Source: a virus (lineage: Duplodnaviria; Caudoviricetes). Taken from it: DNA of 64,000 nt. Position numbers and translations under genes: made by a program. The stretch is taken from IMG/VR virus record IMGVR_UViG_3300035497_000313, positions 38,437-102,436 of that record, one strand, 5' to 3'. Shown here in pieces: positions 1-9,805 of the stretch; position 1 is the stretch's first letter; every line of letters starts with the position of its first letter. The notes below the pieces were generated by a model. That model was given only the letters and a program-made list of their open reading frames with translations. It searched no databases and was not told the origin of the DNA.

Positions 1-152
1 CAATAGATTTTAATTTCTCGTCTTCTATTAGACTTAGAATTGTTTGGTTATATACTAAGTCATCAAGTTGTCTTCTTAAACTGTAATTCTGTATTATTCC
101 AGCAGATACAAGTATATATAAAATACCTAAACCACCTTCTAAAAACATAACA

Positions 153-548
153 TTACACCTCTGTTACTATCTTTTTAACTGTGGTTTTTGTACTTGTCTT
201 TTTAACAACAGCATCTACATTTGTTGTATCGGTATCTGTTGCTGTGTCTGTATCTTTCGGATTAACAGTTAAATTTTCGGGAAAATAAAAATCTAATATA
301 ACATTAGTTGAAGTGCCTGAATTTACTACTTTTGGTTTTTCGTTGCAACCAATTTGATAAACTTTTCCAACTGCGACAGTTACCTGTTGGCATTGTGTTG
401 GAGTAGGCAAAACTATATCTTGTCCACCCCAAGCATTTGTTACCACTGTCGGTTTATTTACAGTTGTTGAATAATTTACTTCACCAATCATTTTATGCCT
501 CTCTAACAATAGAAAGTTTAGCGTGATTAAATGTAAAGCCGACTCCAA
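153..548 (-). CDS. hypothetical protein, last gene of Gly/Cys-rich cassette (real start probably the internal Met near 491)
   Basis: ORF track; overlaps the upstream gene, and the internal MIGEV start abuts that gene's stop. Confidence 0.5.
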   Translation of the reverse strand: MESALHLITLNFLLLERHKMIGEVNYSTTVNKPTVVTNAWGGQDIVLPTPTQCQQVTVAVGKVYQIGCNEKPKVVNSGTSTNVILDFYFPENLTVNPKDTDTATDTDTTNVDAVVKKTSTKTTVKKIVTEV

Positions 549-906
549 CTAATCTAACGGTAAAGGTATGAGTATTATAGCAACACGTAGGTACAATAAC
601 AGTTGTGCTAAAATGAAGATTTTCTGTACTGCCGACAGCAACTGTTACGGCATCCATAGCGCAAGGCATAGCTATACCGTCTTTAAACAGTTGTACAATT
701 ACAACACCAGCAGTTGTACCTACACCGAAACCATCGAAGTTAAAAGTGTATAAGCCAGTATTTTTTATTGTAGCACTACCAGAATTAATACTTATTGAAC
801 AACCTGTATTGTCACATACAGAAGGAAAACTAAGTTCACCACCTGTTATAACAGCTTGAGCATTGTTGTTATACATAGTTATTGAAGATTTATTACTATT
901 TAACAT
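493..906 (-). CDS. BclA C-terminal-like beta-sandwich protein
   Basis: IKNTGLYTFNF...VQLFKDG...CC...LSIVR pattern; GGAG SD; cassette context seen in clostridial phages. Confidence 0.55.
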   Translation of the reverse strand: MLNSNKSSITMYNNNAQAVITGGELSFPSVCDNTGCSISINSGSATIKNTGLYTFNFDGFGVGTTAGVVIVQLFKDGIAMPCAMDAVTVAVGSTENLHFSTTVIVPTCCYNTHTFTVRLVGVGFTFNHAKLSIVREA

Positions 907-1014
907 TTTTTTATTACTCCTTTAAAAAATTTATAAAATATAATGCTGTAAGCAATTACACTTACAGCATTATTTGTGCAGTGAATTGCACGGAGGTTAT
1001 TTTGAATGATTTAA

Positions 1015-2858
1015 TTAAGCGTTACAGCCACAATTACCGTAAACACCGTTTAAAGTAGACGTGCCGTAATATGTTGCCATATAGGGGCTACAGCTAGGAT
1101 AAGCAGGTACAGCTCTAGGAAGTAACGTGTCAACAAGTGAAGTTGTCTGTGCTTGATTCTGAGCAGTAAGTTGATATACTGTAAGCTGACGTTGCAATTC
1201 GTTATTGCTGTCACGTAAAGCTTGAATAGTATTGCCTTGAATAAGTGCACGAGTCTGCTCACCGTCATTGAGGATTGCAGTCTTCACATCGCAGCCATTT
1301 TGTTATCGTATAAATTGTTTACTTTATACTTCAATATGTTTCCATATTGTTCAGACTATATCTTCATCCTATATTATTAAATATAGGAGTTCGGCACTCG
1401 TGTCGGGATTATTGGTTATCGTCCTCACCCATTAGTCGTTGAACCTTCAGTACTACTGTTGTCGATATTCGTACTGCTTGGCTGATGATTGGCATATTTA
1501 CAAACATATTTATTTTTTAATAGTTTATTGTTTTTTAATGAAGTTATTATTGCTGAATAAGATACATCTAATTCAATACAAGCTTTTTTTATAGATTCGT
1601 AATATTTTCCATCTATTGTTATTGGTATACACCAGGTCATTCCTTTATAAACCTTCTTAGCAGGTTCTTGTCCTTTATAATGACAAATTATTCCAGTATT
1701 TGTACAACCCTTTGATAACCAAAAACAAATTAATTCGGAAGAAACTGTAAAAGCACGAGCTGCGGATTTTACGCTTTCGTACTCAATATCCCCAATTATT
1801 ACTGATTTACGATGTTTTACACCAACTCTATTTGCAACATCCTTATTCTTCATTGGGTTATTAATACTCATCCTATTACGTTGCGTTTCGGATTTCATAC
1901 AATTATTCTTTGAATACCACTCACGTTTTTCCTTAGTCCAAGTTTTAGTTTCACCCCCAAAACCACCATTATAAATATTACAACTACATTGTCCAATTTC
2001 TTTTAATTCATTTATTCTATCAAATTCAGCTTTAAAAGCATCTTCTTCCTTTTCATAATAACTTATTATTCTACTCTTACAATTATTTTTAGAAAGTACT
2101 GTATTAAATAACTTATTATGTTTTTTACACATATATCTGTCTTTACAACCTTTTCCTACATAAAAAACTTCATTTGTTTCTACAATAAACCATTCATAGA
2201 TATAAAACATTTAATTTCACCTTTATTTATTTTTTTTATTTTATTATACACTAAATAATTAAAATTGTCAATGTGAAATTAAAAATGCTGTTTGTAAACT
2301 TAGCTTTCCATCAATTCACCGAATTGCCATAGCATATTACTATGCTAAAGTGCCTACTGCTCTATTTATGTTAAATAAACGTGTTATATTAAATAAACGA
2401 GTAACTAAATTCTTCACGGCTTTGAAGAATTTTTTAGTTAAGCACTGAGCCAACTGTGCTTGTGTATTCTGGAATCCGAGTTGTGTTGCATACTGACTTT
2501 CCAATATCTGTTTTTGTGTTGCACAAGCGGTATTAAATATACTCTCCTGTGTCTTACAAGCGGTATTGAAAACATCTTGCTGTGACGTAGCGGAAGTTGT
2601 AAGAACATCACGTTCTACTTGTGAGAGGTCTGAGCTACGTACATTAGCGTTTTGTGCTGTAATTATAGCAGATAAAGCACCAATATCAGCACTATTATTA
2701 TCGTGACCACCATAATTTCCACCGCGATTACCGAAGTTTCCACCCCAGCCAAAAGCGAAGAAAATTAAAAGCAAAACGATAACCCACATAAACATTCCAC
2801 CACCGAAGTTGTCATCTCTGTTACGATTAGAAAATAAGATTGCTTCTGAGGCATCCAT
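1015..2858 (-). CDS. Gly/Cys-rich membrane-anchored cassette protein, spliced: exon1 2858-2441 + exon2 1295-1015 (232 aa)
   Basis: Joining TGC T + GC TGC GAT GTG restores AQCCCDVKTAI in frame (418+281=699 nt); N-terminal hydrophobic segment followed by GWGGNFG. Confidence 0.85.
1425..2210 (-). CDS. intron-encoded GIY-YIG homing endonuclease with NUMOD-like repeats
   Basis: FYIY...FYVGKG...R...E...YN motifs; C-terminus runs through the intron core; own SD. Confidence 0.85.
   Translation of the reverse strand: MFYIYEWFIVETNEVFYVGKGCKDRYMCKKHNKLFNTVLSKNNCKSRIISYYEKEEDAFKAEFDRINELKEIGQCSCNIYNGGFGGETKTWTKEKREWYSKNNCMKSETQRNRMSINNPMKNKDVANRVGVKHRKSVIIGDIEYESVKSAARAFTVSSELICFWLSKGCTNTGIICHYKGQEPAKKVYKGMTWCIPITIDGKYYESIKKACIELDVSYSAIITSLKNNKLLKNKYVCKYANHQPSSTNIDNSSTEGSTTNG
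2243..2271 (-). promoter_or_regulatory. sigmaA-type promoter inside the intron driving the endonuclease
   Basis: TTGACA-17-TATAAT. Confidence 0.75.
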
Positions 2859-2931
2859 AAGATTTTATATCTCCTTTTAAATTATTTATATATTAACATA
2901 AAATCCCGTACGCTAATTTTATGCAACATAT

Positions 2932-3291
2932 TTAAAAACCTTTAAAACCATTTGAATTATTATTTGTATTTGTATTTTTATTTTTCATTCCAGTTCTTAT
3001 TGCTTGTTCTGCTTGAATCCATATTTCATTAGGAACTTGATGTTTAAGACCAAATTTTCTTGCAATATTATAATAATTTTTTATTTGTGATAATTTTTGT
3101 AAGTCTATTTTTTTACTTTTTGCTAAAGGAATTAAAACTTTTGCAGGGTCTTCACCATTTTTTATCATTCGTCTTAAAACCTTGGCAATATCTGCCTTTT
3201 CTGGTGGTATTCTATCAAGAAGATAATTAACCATTTGTTCGGGAGAAGATAAACCATTTGCAACTTTAACTATTTTATCAATCCAACTCAT
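2932..3291 (-). CDS. hypothetical cassette protein
   Basis: ORF with GGAGG SD. Confidence 0.7.
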   Translation of the reverse strand: MSWIDKIVKVANGLSSPEQMVNYLLDRIPPEKADIAKVLRRMIKNGEDPAKVLIPLAKSKKIDLQKLSQIKNYYNIARKFGLKHQVPNEIWIQAEQAIRTGMKNKNTNTNNNSNGFKGF

Positions 3292-3856
3292 CTATATCTT
3301 CCTCCACTTTTGTTGTTTTGCTTTTACTTTGCAACTTATTAACTTTTCTATCAAGTGATGCCACTTTTTTATTTGTTTCGTCCAACTTCTCAAGAATAAT
3401 ATTTAATGTTTCGTCAGTTGAATTTACATTAGTATTTTGTGTTTCTTCATTATCAGTTTGTTTATTTTCTGTATTCTTAACATCACTTTCAGTACCATTT
3501 GTACCGTTACCATTCATTGGACTAAACACAAACGATTGTATACTACATTGTCCGTTTGCAAACTTTTTACTGTAAAATACATAATGAACAAAATCAAAGA
3601 ACAATGTAGGTGTGCCGTCAGTAGGAACAGGATAATTTTCAACTTCTTTGTAATCACTAATTTGAATAAATATACCACGTTGTCCCATTGACGGGTTTAC
3701 ATTAACTGTTGGTTGTGTATTTGCTTGCATTTGTGACTGCATTTGTTTATATGTATTATATAATTGGTCTACACTATTATTTACATTATAATTAGGAATA
3801 GGTGCACCGTATGTTCCATACATATTCGGTCCATATAAGTTTTGTCCGTATGCCAT
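3278..3856 (-). CDS. hypothetical cassette protein (Tyr/Asn/Gln-rich N-terminus, C-terminal coiled coil)
   Basis: ORF with GGAGG SD. Confidence 0.7.
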   Translation of the reverse strand: MAYGQNLYGPNMYGTYGAPIPNYNVNNSVDQLYNTYKQMQSQMQANTQPTVNVNPSMGQRGIFIQISDYKEVENYPVPTDGTPTLFFDFVHYVFYSKKFANGQCSIQSFVFSPMNGNGTNGTESDVKNTENKQTDNEETQNTNVNSTDETLNIILEKLDETNKKVASLDRKVNKLQSKSKTTKVEEDIDELD

Positions 3857-3880
3857 ATTAAATAACCTCCGCTATATTAA

Positions 3881-4219
3881 TTAGTCTATATCAATAGTTT
3901 GTTTACTATCGGTTACATCATCTTCCATATCATCGCATAAGTCTGTATTAATAACATAATTATCTGAACTACTGTTTGAACTAAAGAAGTTTTTAAATCC
4001 ACTAAAATTTTCTTTAACAAACGTTGTTACTTCTTTTATTCCGTTCATTATCTTTTTTGTTAATGGTACAGTTTCGTATTTCTCTAATTCGTTTAAATAT
4101 GTCATAACAAACATAGTTTCATTATCGGTTAAAGGAACACCACTTGCTTCCTTTCTCATTATGTCACACGCACTATCTGTTAAACTTTCTAAAAATTTTT
4201 CTCTAAAACTACTTGCCAT
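3881..4219 (-). CDS. hypothetical protein, first gene of cassette
   Basis: ORF with GAGG SD downstream of a promoter. Confidence 0.65.
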   Translation of the reverse strand: MASSFREKFLESLTDSACDIMRKEASGVPLTDNETMFVMTYLNELEKYETVPLTKKIMNGIKEVTTFVKENFSGFKNFFSSNSSSDNYVINTDLCDDMEDDVTDSKQTIDID

Positions 4220-4273
4220 ATTAACCTCTCGAAAATAAAAAATAGGTGTAAACGTTTTTCTGTTTACACCTAT

Positions 4274-4359
4274 ATTATATATGTTATTTTTAACTTGTAA
4301 ATACTGGAAAAGTACTGAATTTAACTATTTTTAATTGTTAAAAGTACTTAATTAGTACT
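4274..4359 (-). promoter_or_regulatory. promoter with two upstream AGTACT-N5-AGTACT boxes
   Basis: TTTACA...TATAAT; boxes at 4300-4316 (one mismatch) and 4343-4359. Confidence 0.6.
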
Positions 4360-4366
4360 GTTATAA

Positions 4367-4978
4367 TTAACTATTGGATAATTTATCTTTATAAAATTGT
4401 TTCTTATTCTTGACACTTTGTACTTCCATACTAAATATATTTGCCAATTCACCTTGTGATAATTTATCTACAAATGCTTTAACACAAAAATCTATTTGAC
4501 TATCATTAAAACCTAAAGATTTACATTTATCTACTAATTCTTGTTCTGTACAATTTTTAACGTTGAAAGAAGTTTGTTCTTTATAAAATTCTACTAAATC
4601 ATTATATCTCGGTTCTATATAATCGTAATCTTCTAACTTAGCTTGTACCATACTTGCTTTATAACTTATTAATGCCATAGCTAAACCTAACATACAAGAA
4701 AATAAAATACTTACATATGTATTCATACTAACGGTTATTGCTAAGGCAAATATTACAATAGATAGTACTAAACATTGTTTTAAAGAAGTAGAATGAAATT
4801 GTCCATTATAAAATTCTCTTGTTATAAAATATGGAACAAGTATACAAGCAAGTTGTATTTCTTTATGAATTAATATACTGTATAATATTAATGTTAATAA
4901 AACACAAAAGAATCCCATTAGTCTATATGCAAACAGGATTCTTTTATATTGTTTTTGTGTTACTTTTATTTTTCTCAT
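4367..4978 (-). CDS. AgrB-like membrane peptidase fused to a C-terminal helix-turn-helix
   Basis: Several TM segments; REFYNGQFHSTSLKQC has the AgrB His-x6-Cys spacing; C-terminal LSQGELANIFSMEVQSVKNKK HTH. Confidence 0.6.
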   Translation of the reverse strand: MRKIKVTQKQYKRILFAYRLMGFFCVLLTLILYSILIHKEIQLACILVPYFITREFYNGQFHSTSLKQCLVLSIVIFALAITVSMNTYVSILFSCMLGLAMALISYKASMVQAKLEDYDYIEPRYNDLVEFYKEQTSFNVKNCTEQELVDKCKSLGFNDSQIDFCVKAFVDKLSQGELANIFSMEVQSVKNKKQFYKDKLSNS

Positions 4979-5005
4979 TGTTTTCCTTACTTATCTATCT
5001 ATTTA

Positions 5006-5155
5006 TTACTCGTCTACAATTTCAAATTTCTTTTGTAAATCGTTGTTAGCACTCTTTTCATTACCTAAAAACCATATAGGGCAGCTAGGTGTCCAAGTAT
5101 CGTTTTTTACTTCTTTAGGTCTTTTTGTAATATCAATCTTTTTTGATTTTTCCAT
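5006..5155 (-). CDS. AgrD-like propeptide (49 aa, not in the ORF track)
   Basis: GGAGG SD; MEKSKKIDITKRPKEVKNDTWTPSCPIWFLGNEKSANNDLQKKFEIVDE with a central C-P-I-W-F; lies directly upstream of the AgrB-like gene. Confidence 0.55.
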   Translation of the reverse strand: MEKSKKIDITKRPKEVKNDTWTPSCPIWFLGNEKSANNDLQKKFEIVDE

Positions 5156-5754
5156 AATTTTATGCCTCCAAAGTAATTTATGAATAAATATATTGAAACT
5201 ATAAATAACTTATAGTCAATTGTACTAAGCATACTTACAATAAAATTAAAATTACTAGATTCCAATCCGCCTATACGACCGACCATAAATAATATACTAT
5301 ATAATAGTTGTAAACCATACAGTATAAAACTATCAATTAGACTAAACCAATTTCTTACAAATAACAACGGAATTATAAAATAACAAACAATATTAAATAT
5401 TTGTACTACTGTATTTCCGTCTATACAATTATTAAATACTAATTCAACTAAACAATTAATTCCAGTACAAATTAAAGTTTGTATGATAGAAATTATTATA
5501 CAGATAAACCAATTTGTTCTACATAATAATTTATATATAAATGTTAGTTCAAAAACCATTAACAAACCCATTATAATTTCTTGCCAAACTCTATTTGGTT
5601 CTTTTATTAATGACGGGTCTGCTGTAAACCAAAGTATTCCACATAATCTTGCTATAACACATAATACCATTACTATTACGCAAGTTGCTAATAAACACGC
5701 TGAAAATACTTGTTCTGCAGTTTTAGTTCTAAAATAAGCTTTAATTCTGTTCAT
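5107..5754 (-). CDS. polytopic membrane protein, candidate peptide sensor (no kinase domain)
   Basis: about 6 hydrophobic segments; first gene of the agr-like operon. Confidence 0.5.
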   Translation of the reverse strand: MNRIKAYFRTKTAEQVFSACLLATCVIVMVLCVIARLCGILWFTADPSLIKEPNRVWQEIIMGLLMVFELTFIYKLLCRTNWFICIIISIIQTLICTGINCLVELVFNNCIDGNTVVQIFNIVCYFIIPLLFVRNWFSLIDSFILYGLQLLYSILFMVGRIGGLESSNFNFIVSMLSTIDYKLFIVSIYLFINYFGGIKLWKNQKRLILQKDLKK

Positions 5755-5786
5755 TGTTGTTAACTATTCTCTTTTTTACAGTTCTT

Positions 5787-5840
5787 ATTATAGCAGATGA
5801 TTTTATAAAAATCAACAAAAATAAGTACTGAAAAAGTACT
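5787..5840 (-). promoter_or_regulatory. promoter with an upstream AGTACT-N5-AGTACT box
   Basis: TTGATT-17-(TG.)TATAAT; box at 5824-5840. Confidence 0.6.
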
Positions 5841-6057
5841 TATTTTACAATATTTTTTATATAAATTGCGTAAAACTAACAATTTATATAAATTATTTTA
5901 ACATCTTACTAAAATCATCACTGTAAAATATCTTCCCCTTTATTTTATTTTTTTATACTTATATTATATAATGTATTTTATTTATTGTCAAGTTTTTATT
6001 TACAATAAATGTTATTTGTAACTGATTTTTTATTTTTCTCCTAATAAACCTTATAGG

Positions 6058-6565
6058 TTACTCTTCCATTCGTACCCAAATGTTGACTGCGATGTACGGG
6101 GGTAGGTTGTTATGACTACCGTCGTTACCCGTACTACCGACAGGTGAAGGATACGGTTGCACAATACTTTTCGTAATTTCTTGGTCATAACTAACAGTCG
6201 ATGTTGTTATTGCATACCAATATTGACTACCCGTTGACAGATAGGCGTAAAAATTGTGGTAATGGCTTGGCATTTCATCAACCGTCAACTTATGAGTTGC
6301 TTCACCGCCCGTTGCTTTAACATTATATCCCGTGCCGGCACCGATAAGCATACGCCCAGTCTGCTTTTCCCAAGTTCCCGAACAACCTAAGTCCGCTGGG
6401 GTTTCGCTACCAAGCGTTATATAAACGCCTGTCTTTTCGGCGTTGGCGTAAACAATTGAATTTAACAAATTGTCGTTTTTAACGCCCCCCCCCTAAAAGC
6501 TCATTCGATAAATTAACCAAATTACCATTGACGTCAAAACATTGTAAACCTGTTGCACTAATCAT
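6058..6565 (-). CDS. tail/baseplate collar-type protein, frameshifted at a G9 tract (6485-6493)
   Basis: GTWE...GRMLIG...TGGEATHKLTVDEMPSH...HNNLPPYIAVNIWVR; SD+ATG at 6565 reads to GGGR-stop with G9 and is in frame with G8. Confidence 0.7.
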
Positions 6566-6570
6566 AGTTT

Positions 6571-7104
6571 TTACTCCCCGTAAACTTCTTTGTGTGCCTT
6601 AACTTTGCACTCTTCGACATAAGCGTTGTATTCGTCAAACTCAAGCTCTGCCGTTCCTGCCAACTTTTCACGCAAGATTTTATTCTCGTCATCGGCTGAA
6701 TACTTTTCTCTTATATATTTAACCGTTAAGCTGTCATACTTTTTCTTTTTATTGCTTTCCAGCTCGTCCTCGGTATAAGGCACGTAAACCTGTATATCTT
6801 CATACTCGTCATACGCTTCAACTGCGGGTGTGTCGGGAATGGCTTTTATTGTTTCAACTGTTCGTCCCAGCTTGCCATTAAGAGCGGTGTACTCTTCTAG
6901 TATCTTGCAATACTCACCGCCGAAAATGCCTACTTTCTCGCCGTTTTCCAAGGCTTCGTTATAAATCTCTTCGGCGGTTTTGCCTTTAACCTCGGCAACT
7001 GCTTCGTGATGTTCTTTTAAGATTTTATCGGCTTTGAGATAGCCTTTGTCAATGTCGATATTGTCATTTAATATTTCGGTTTTAGTTTCGTTATAGATTG
7101 TCAT
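6571..7104 (-). CDS. tail fibre-associated/chaperone-like protein
   Basis: context; IREKYSADDE-type C-terminus. Confidence 0.5.
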   Translation of the reverse strand: MTIYNETKTEILNDNIDIDKGYLKADKILKEHHEAVAEVKGKTAEEIYNEALENGEKVGIFGGEYCKILEEYTALNGKLGRTVETIKAIPDTPAVEAYDEYEDIQVYVPYTEDELESNKKKKYDSLTVKYIREKYSADDENKILREKLAGTAELEFDEYNAYVEECKVKAHKEVYGE

Positions 7105-7121
7105 TGTTGTTTACTCCTTTA

Positions 7122-7751
7122 TTAAACTCGTTTCCAAGCATATACTGTATTACTTCCAACAGTAAATGAACCCAAGCTAGTCCACGTTCCACCTATTGTT
7201 TCAGCAGGTGAAGTTGAAGATGAAGTCAAGAAAGTATCAGTTAAATTTTCGTTAATTACTTCTTTAATTTTAAATACGGTGTTTGTTTGATTTAAGATTA
7301 CTGTTTCGGTAGTTGAAGATGAAAGCTTGTATTGGACAAGCAAATCATCAGGTAAAGTTTCAGTAAGAATAATAATGTAACCTACATTATTTGCACAAAT
7401 CGAATTATCAATTGAAGTTGATAACCATTGGGAAGATGCAGAAACGCGAATATAGTTTTTATTACATACATAAAGACTATCGTCAGCAACAATATCGTTC
7501 GAATTAAAAGAATGTAAACCTTTAGGGGAAATCCATTGTATAACACCGCAATTATTTACATCTTGAGAAAAGTCGTCTTTAGTTAAGTAACCAGTAGCCC
7601 TGGTAATAGTTCCAGTACCGTCACCGTTATCTTTAAATGTATCAAAAGCACCTAAATTATATAAATTTTTATTAACATTACCCGCAATATCTTCCAAGCT
7701 TATAAGTTCGCCGTCCGAATTGTAACTTGTTACATTTGTTGAATTTTTCAT
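7122..7751 (-). CDS. tail fibre-associated protein
   Basis: SPAETIGGTW...YAWKR C-terminus typical of tail/baseplate modules. Confidence 0.55.
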   Translation of the reverse strand: MKNSTNVTSYNSDGELISLEDIAGNVNKNLYNLGAFDTFKDNGDGTGTITRATGYLTKDDFSQDVNNCGVIQWISPKGLHSFNSNDIVADDSLYVCNKNYIRVSASSQWLSTSIDNSICANNVGYIIILTETLPDDLLVQYKLSSSTTETVILNQTNTVFKIKEVINENLTDTFLTSSSTSPAETIGGTWTSLGSFTVGSNTVYAWKRV

Positions 7752-7768
7752 TATTTTATTTTAACTCC

Positions 7769-9724
7769 TTAACTAAATGAAGAAATAATTACTGTAGCTG
7801 TACACTTAACATTAGAATAAATACGTCTAAAATTGCCACTATCACTTTTAACTTGTCTACTTACAAAAGCTACAGTAGGCATATATGGGTCACTTAACGA
7901 TGTAGTTAAACCCACATTACTTTCAACGTGTACACTAGAAACTCTAGCTCCACTAACAGAACAGTCTACGTAATATTTTCCAAGTTGGGTATCAGCAGAA
8001 TCAGTTGATGTTGACCAACTACTCGATGTAAATGTATATTTTTCTATATAAGGTCCTAAATCATCCCATTCCCAATTTCCATCGCTACTCAAACTTGTTG
8101 TATATGTTAATATAATTAATTTACCAGTAGTAGGGACATTCGATGTTGTTAAGTTGTCAGCATAATTTCTTATTATAGTTTTGGCACCTATGCCATTTAT
8201 ACTAAGCGTTGTAGAACTAGTTCCAGCACTACTAACTGGTTTAAATACAATAGTTAAACCCTCATAATATTCTGTTATACTAGCATCCGTGCCCATCCAG
8301 TTAATAGTCGTTGAGTCCCCTGTTGTTATGATAACAGAAGATGCTACATAATGGATAGTATTTTTATTAGCCCGTATATCCCTATCAATAGCTATAAGTT
8401 GATATTGAGTACCGTCATATATAAAAGTAGCAATATCGCCAGCATTTATAATTCCCGCTGTAATCGCACTACCTCTATAATAAATACTTTTTGCGCTTTT
8501 GCTATTAATACTTAAAGTTGCACCAGCAGGAACACTATACGTAAATTTAACGGATACAACACCACCAGTAGATAATACATAACTAGATAAAGCTACTGCC
8601 TTAGCAGTAGTTGTAGCTGCTGTTGAACAAGTACCATAGCCCTGACCTAATGAAGCATTTGTATATGTAGTATTACTATCATAGTAATAGTCTGCCCACA
8701 CCCAATAACCTGTATTCGAAATTGTTGTATATGTCAATAGAACTACTGTATTTACAGGAAGCTGAGTTGTTAAATTACTAGTATTTCTTCTTACAGTTTT
8801 AGCACCCAAACTATTTATATTAAGTGTTGTACTGGATGAACCACCAGTAATGCCTATTTTAAACGCTACAACTAAGCCATCATAATATTCTGTTATACTA
8901 GTATCTGTGCCAGTCCACGTTCCATTCGTACCAGTTGTATTGCCTTGTATATAATGAATTGTATTTTTATCTGCTCTCTCACCTTGTGATGCTGTTGCAT
9001 ATGCTGTAGAATCAGTATATGCGGCACTACCCAAACCTTTAACTGTCACTTCTGTGCCATCTACTTTAATAGTACCGTTTGTAGAACCAGTAGTAACAGA
9101 CTTAACGGCACTATTTGCCGTAGATTGAGCTGTACTAACATCTGTCTTTAACTGTGTAATATCGTCTGCATTTTGCTTTCCTTTATTACCAGCATAAGCT
9201 GTAGAAGAGGTTTCACCGAGTGCCAGTGAAGGACTGATTTCTACATACGCTGTACCACTCCATCTGTATGTGAGATTGGTAGTAGTATCAACATAAATCT
9301 TACCTGTTTCACCAGTAGTAGGAAAATTTGACTTTGCTGTATACTCAAGAACATCATCAACGTATGAAGGAAGTTGCGAACTAGGAACTAAACCACTTGA
9401 ATCAAGTGTTGCGACACCATTGGCTACACCCATTTCACTACGTTTAACCTGTGCATCGTTAGTGACATTACCTAAACCAACCTCACTTGCGGTATATGCG
9501 GGTTTCGTTGATGCCTTAGCCCAATCGTAAACATCGCTTGCTTTTGCCGAGCCTGCTGTTGTAGCATATTTGACAGACTTATTACTGTCTGCCGTGTTGT
9601 CAACATTATCTAGTCCCAAATCTTCTTTAGTGGGTTTATTACTGGAAGAATATACTTTATTATTATTTGTATATATATCTCCATCTATATAGGCATCGCC
9701 ATTTGTTCTAAAAGTTTTTGCCAT
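7769..9724 (-). CDS. tail fibre protein
   Basis: VGLGNV, GVATLD..GLVPSSQLPSYVDDV and FPTTGETGKIYV motifs; Thr/Ser-rich; internally duplicated module. Confidence 0.8.
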   Translation of the reverse strand: MAKTFRTNGDAYIDGDIYTNNNKVYSSSNKPTKEDLGLDNVDNTADSNKSVKYATTAGSAKASDVYDWAKASTKPAYTASEVGLGNVTNDAQVKRSEMGVANGVATLDSSGLVPSSQLPSYVDDVLEYTAKSNFPTTGETGKIYVDTTTNLTYRWSGTAYVEISPSLALGETSSTAYAGNKGKQNADDITQLKTDVSTAQSTANSAVKSVTTGSTNGTIKVDGTEVTVKGLGSAAYTDSTAYATASQGERADKNTIHYIQGNTTGTNGTWTGTDTSITEYYDGLVVAFKIGITGGSSSTTLNINSLGAKTVRRNTSNLTTQLPVNTVVLLTYTTISNTGYWVWADYYYDSNTTYTNASLGQGYGTCSTAATTTAKAVALSSYVLSTGGVVSVKFTYSVPAGATLSINSKSAKSIYYRGSAITAGIINAGDIATFIYDGTQYQLIAIDRDIRANKNTIHYVASSVIITTGDSTTINWMGTDASITEYYEGLTIVFKPVSSAGTSSTTLSINGIGAKTIIRNYADNLTTSNVPTTGKLIILTYTTSLSSDGNWEWDDLGPYIEKYTFTSSSWSTSTDSADTQLGKYYVDCSVSGARVSSVHVESNVGLTTSLSDPYMPTVAFVSRQVKSDSGNFRRIYSNVKCTATVIISSFS

Positions 9725-9805
9725 TTTTATTTTTTTCCTATAATTATTTTTTATTATATTATTATTGTATTATGTTTATTGTTTTATGTCAAGTTTTTTA
9801 TTTTT

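Larger units (their letters stand above)
1296..2440 (-). ncRNA. group I intron (1145 nt) carrying a homing endonuclease
   Basis: 5' exon ends in U, intron ends in G; IGS GCAGUAGGCACU (2349-2360) pairs with both exons with a U.G wobble; core elements GAAUUGAUGGAAAGC, AAUCAUCAGCCAAG, UCAACGACUA, AAGAUAUAGUCUG. Confidence 0.92.
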
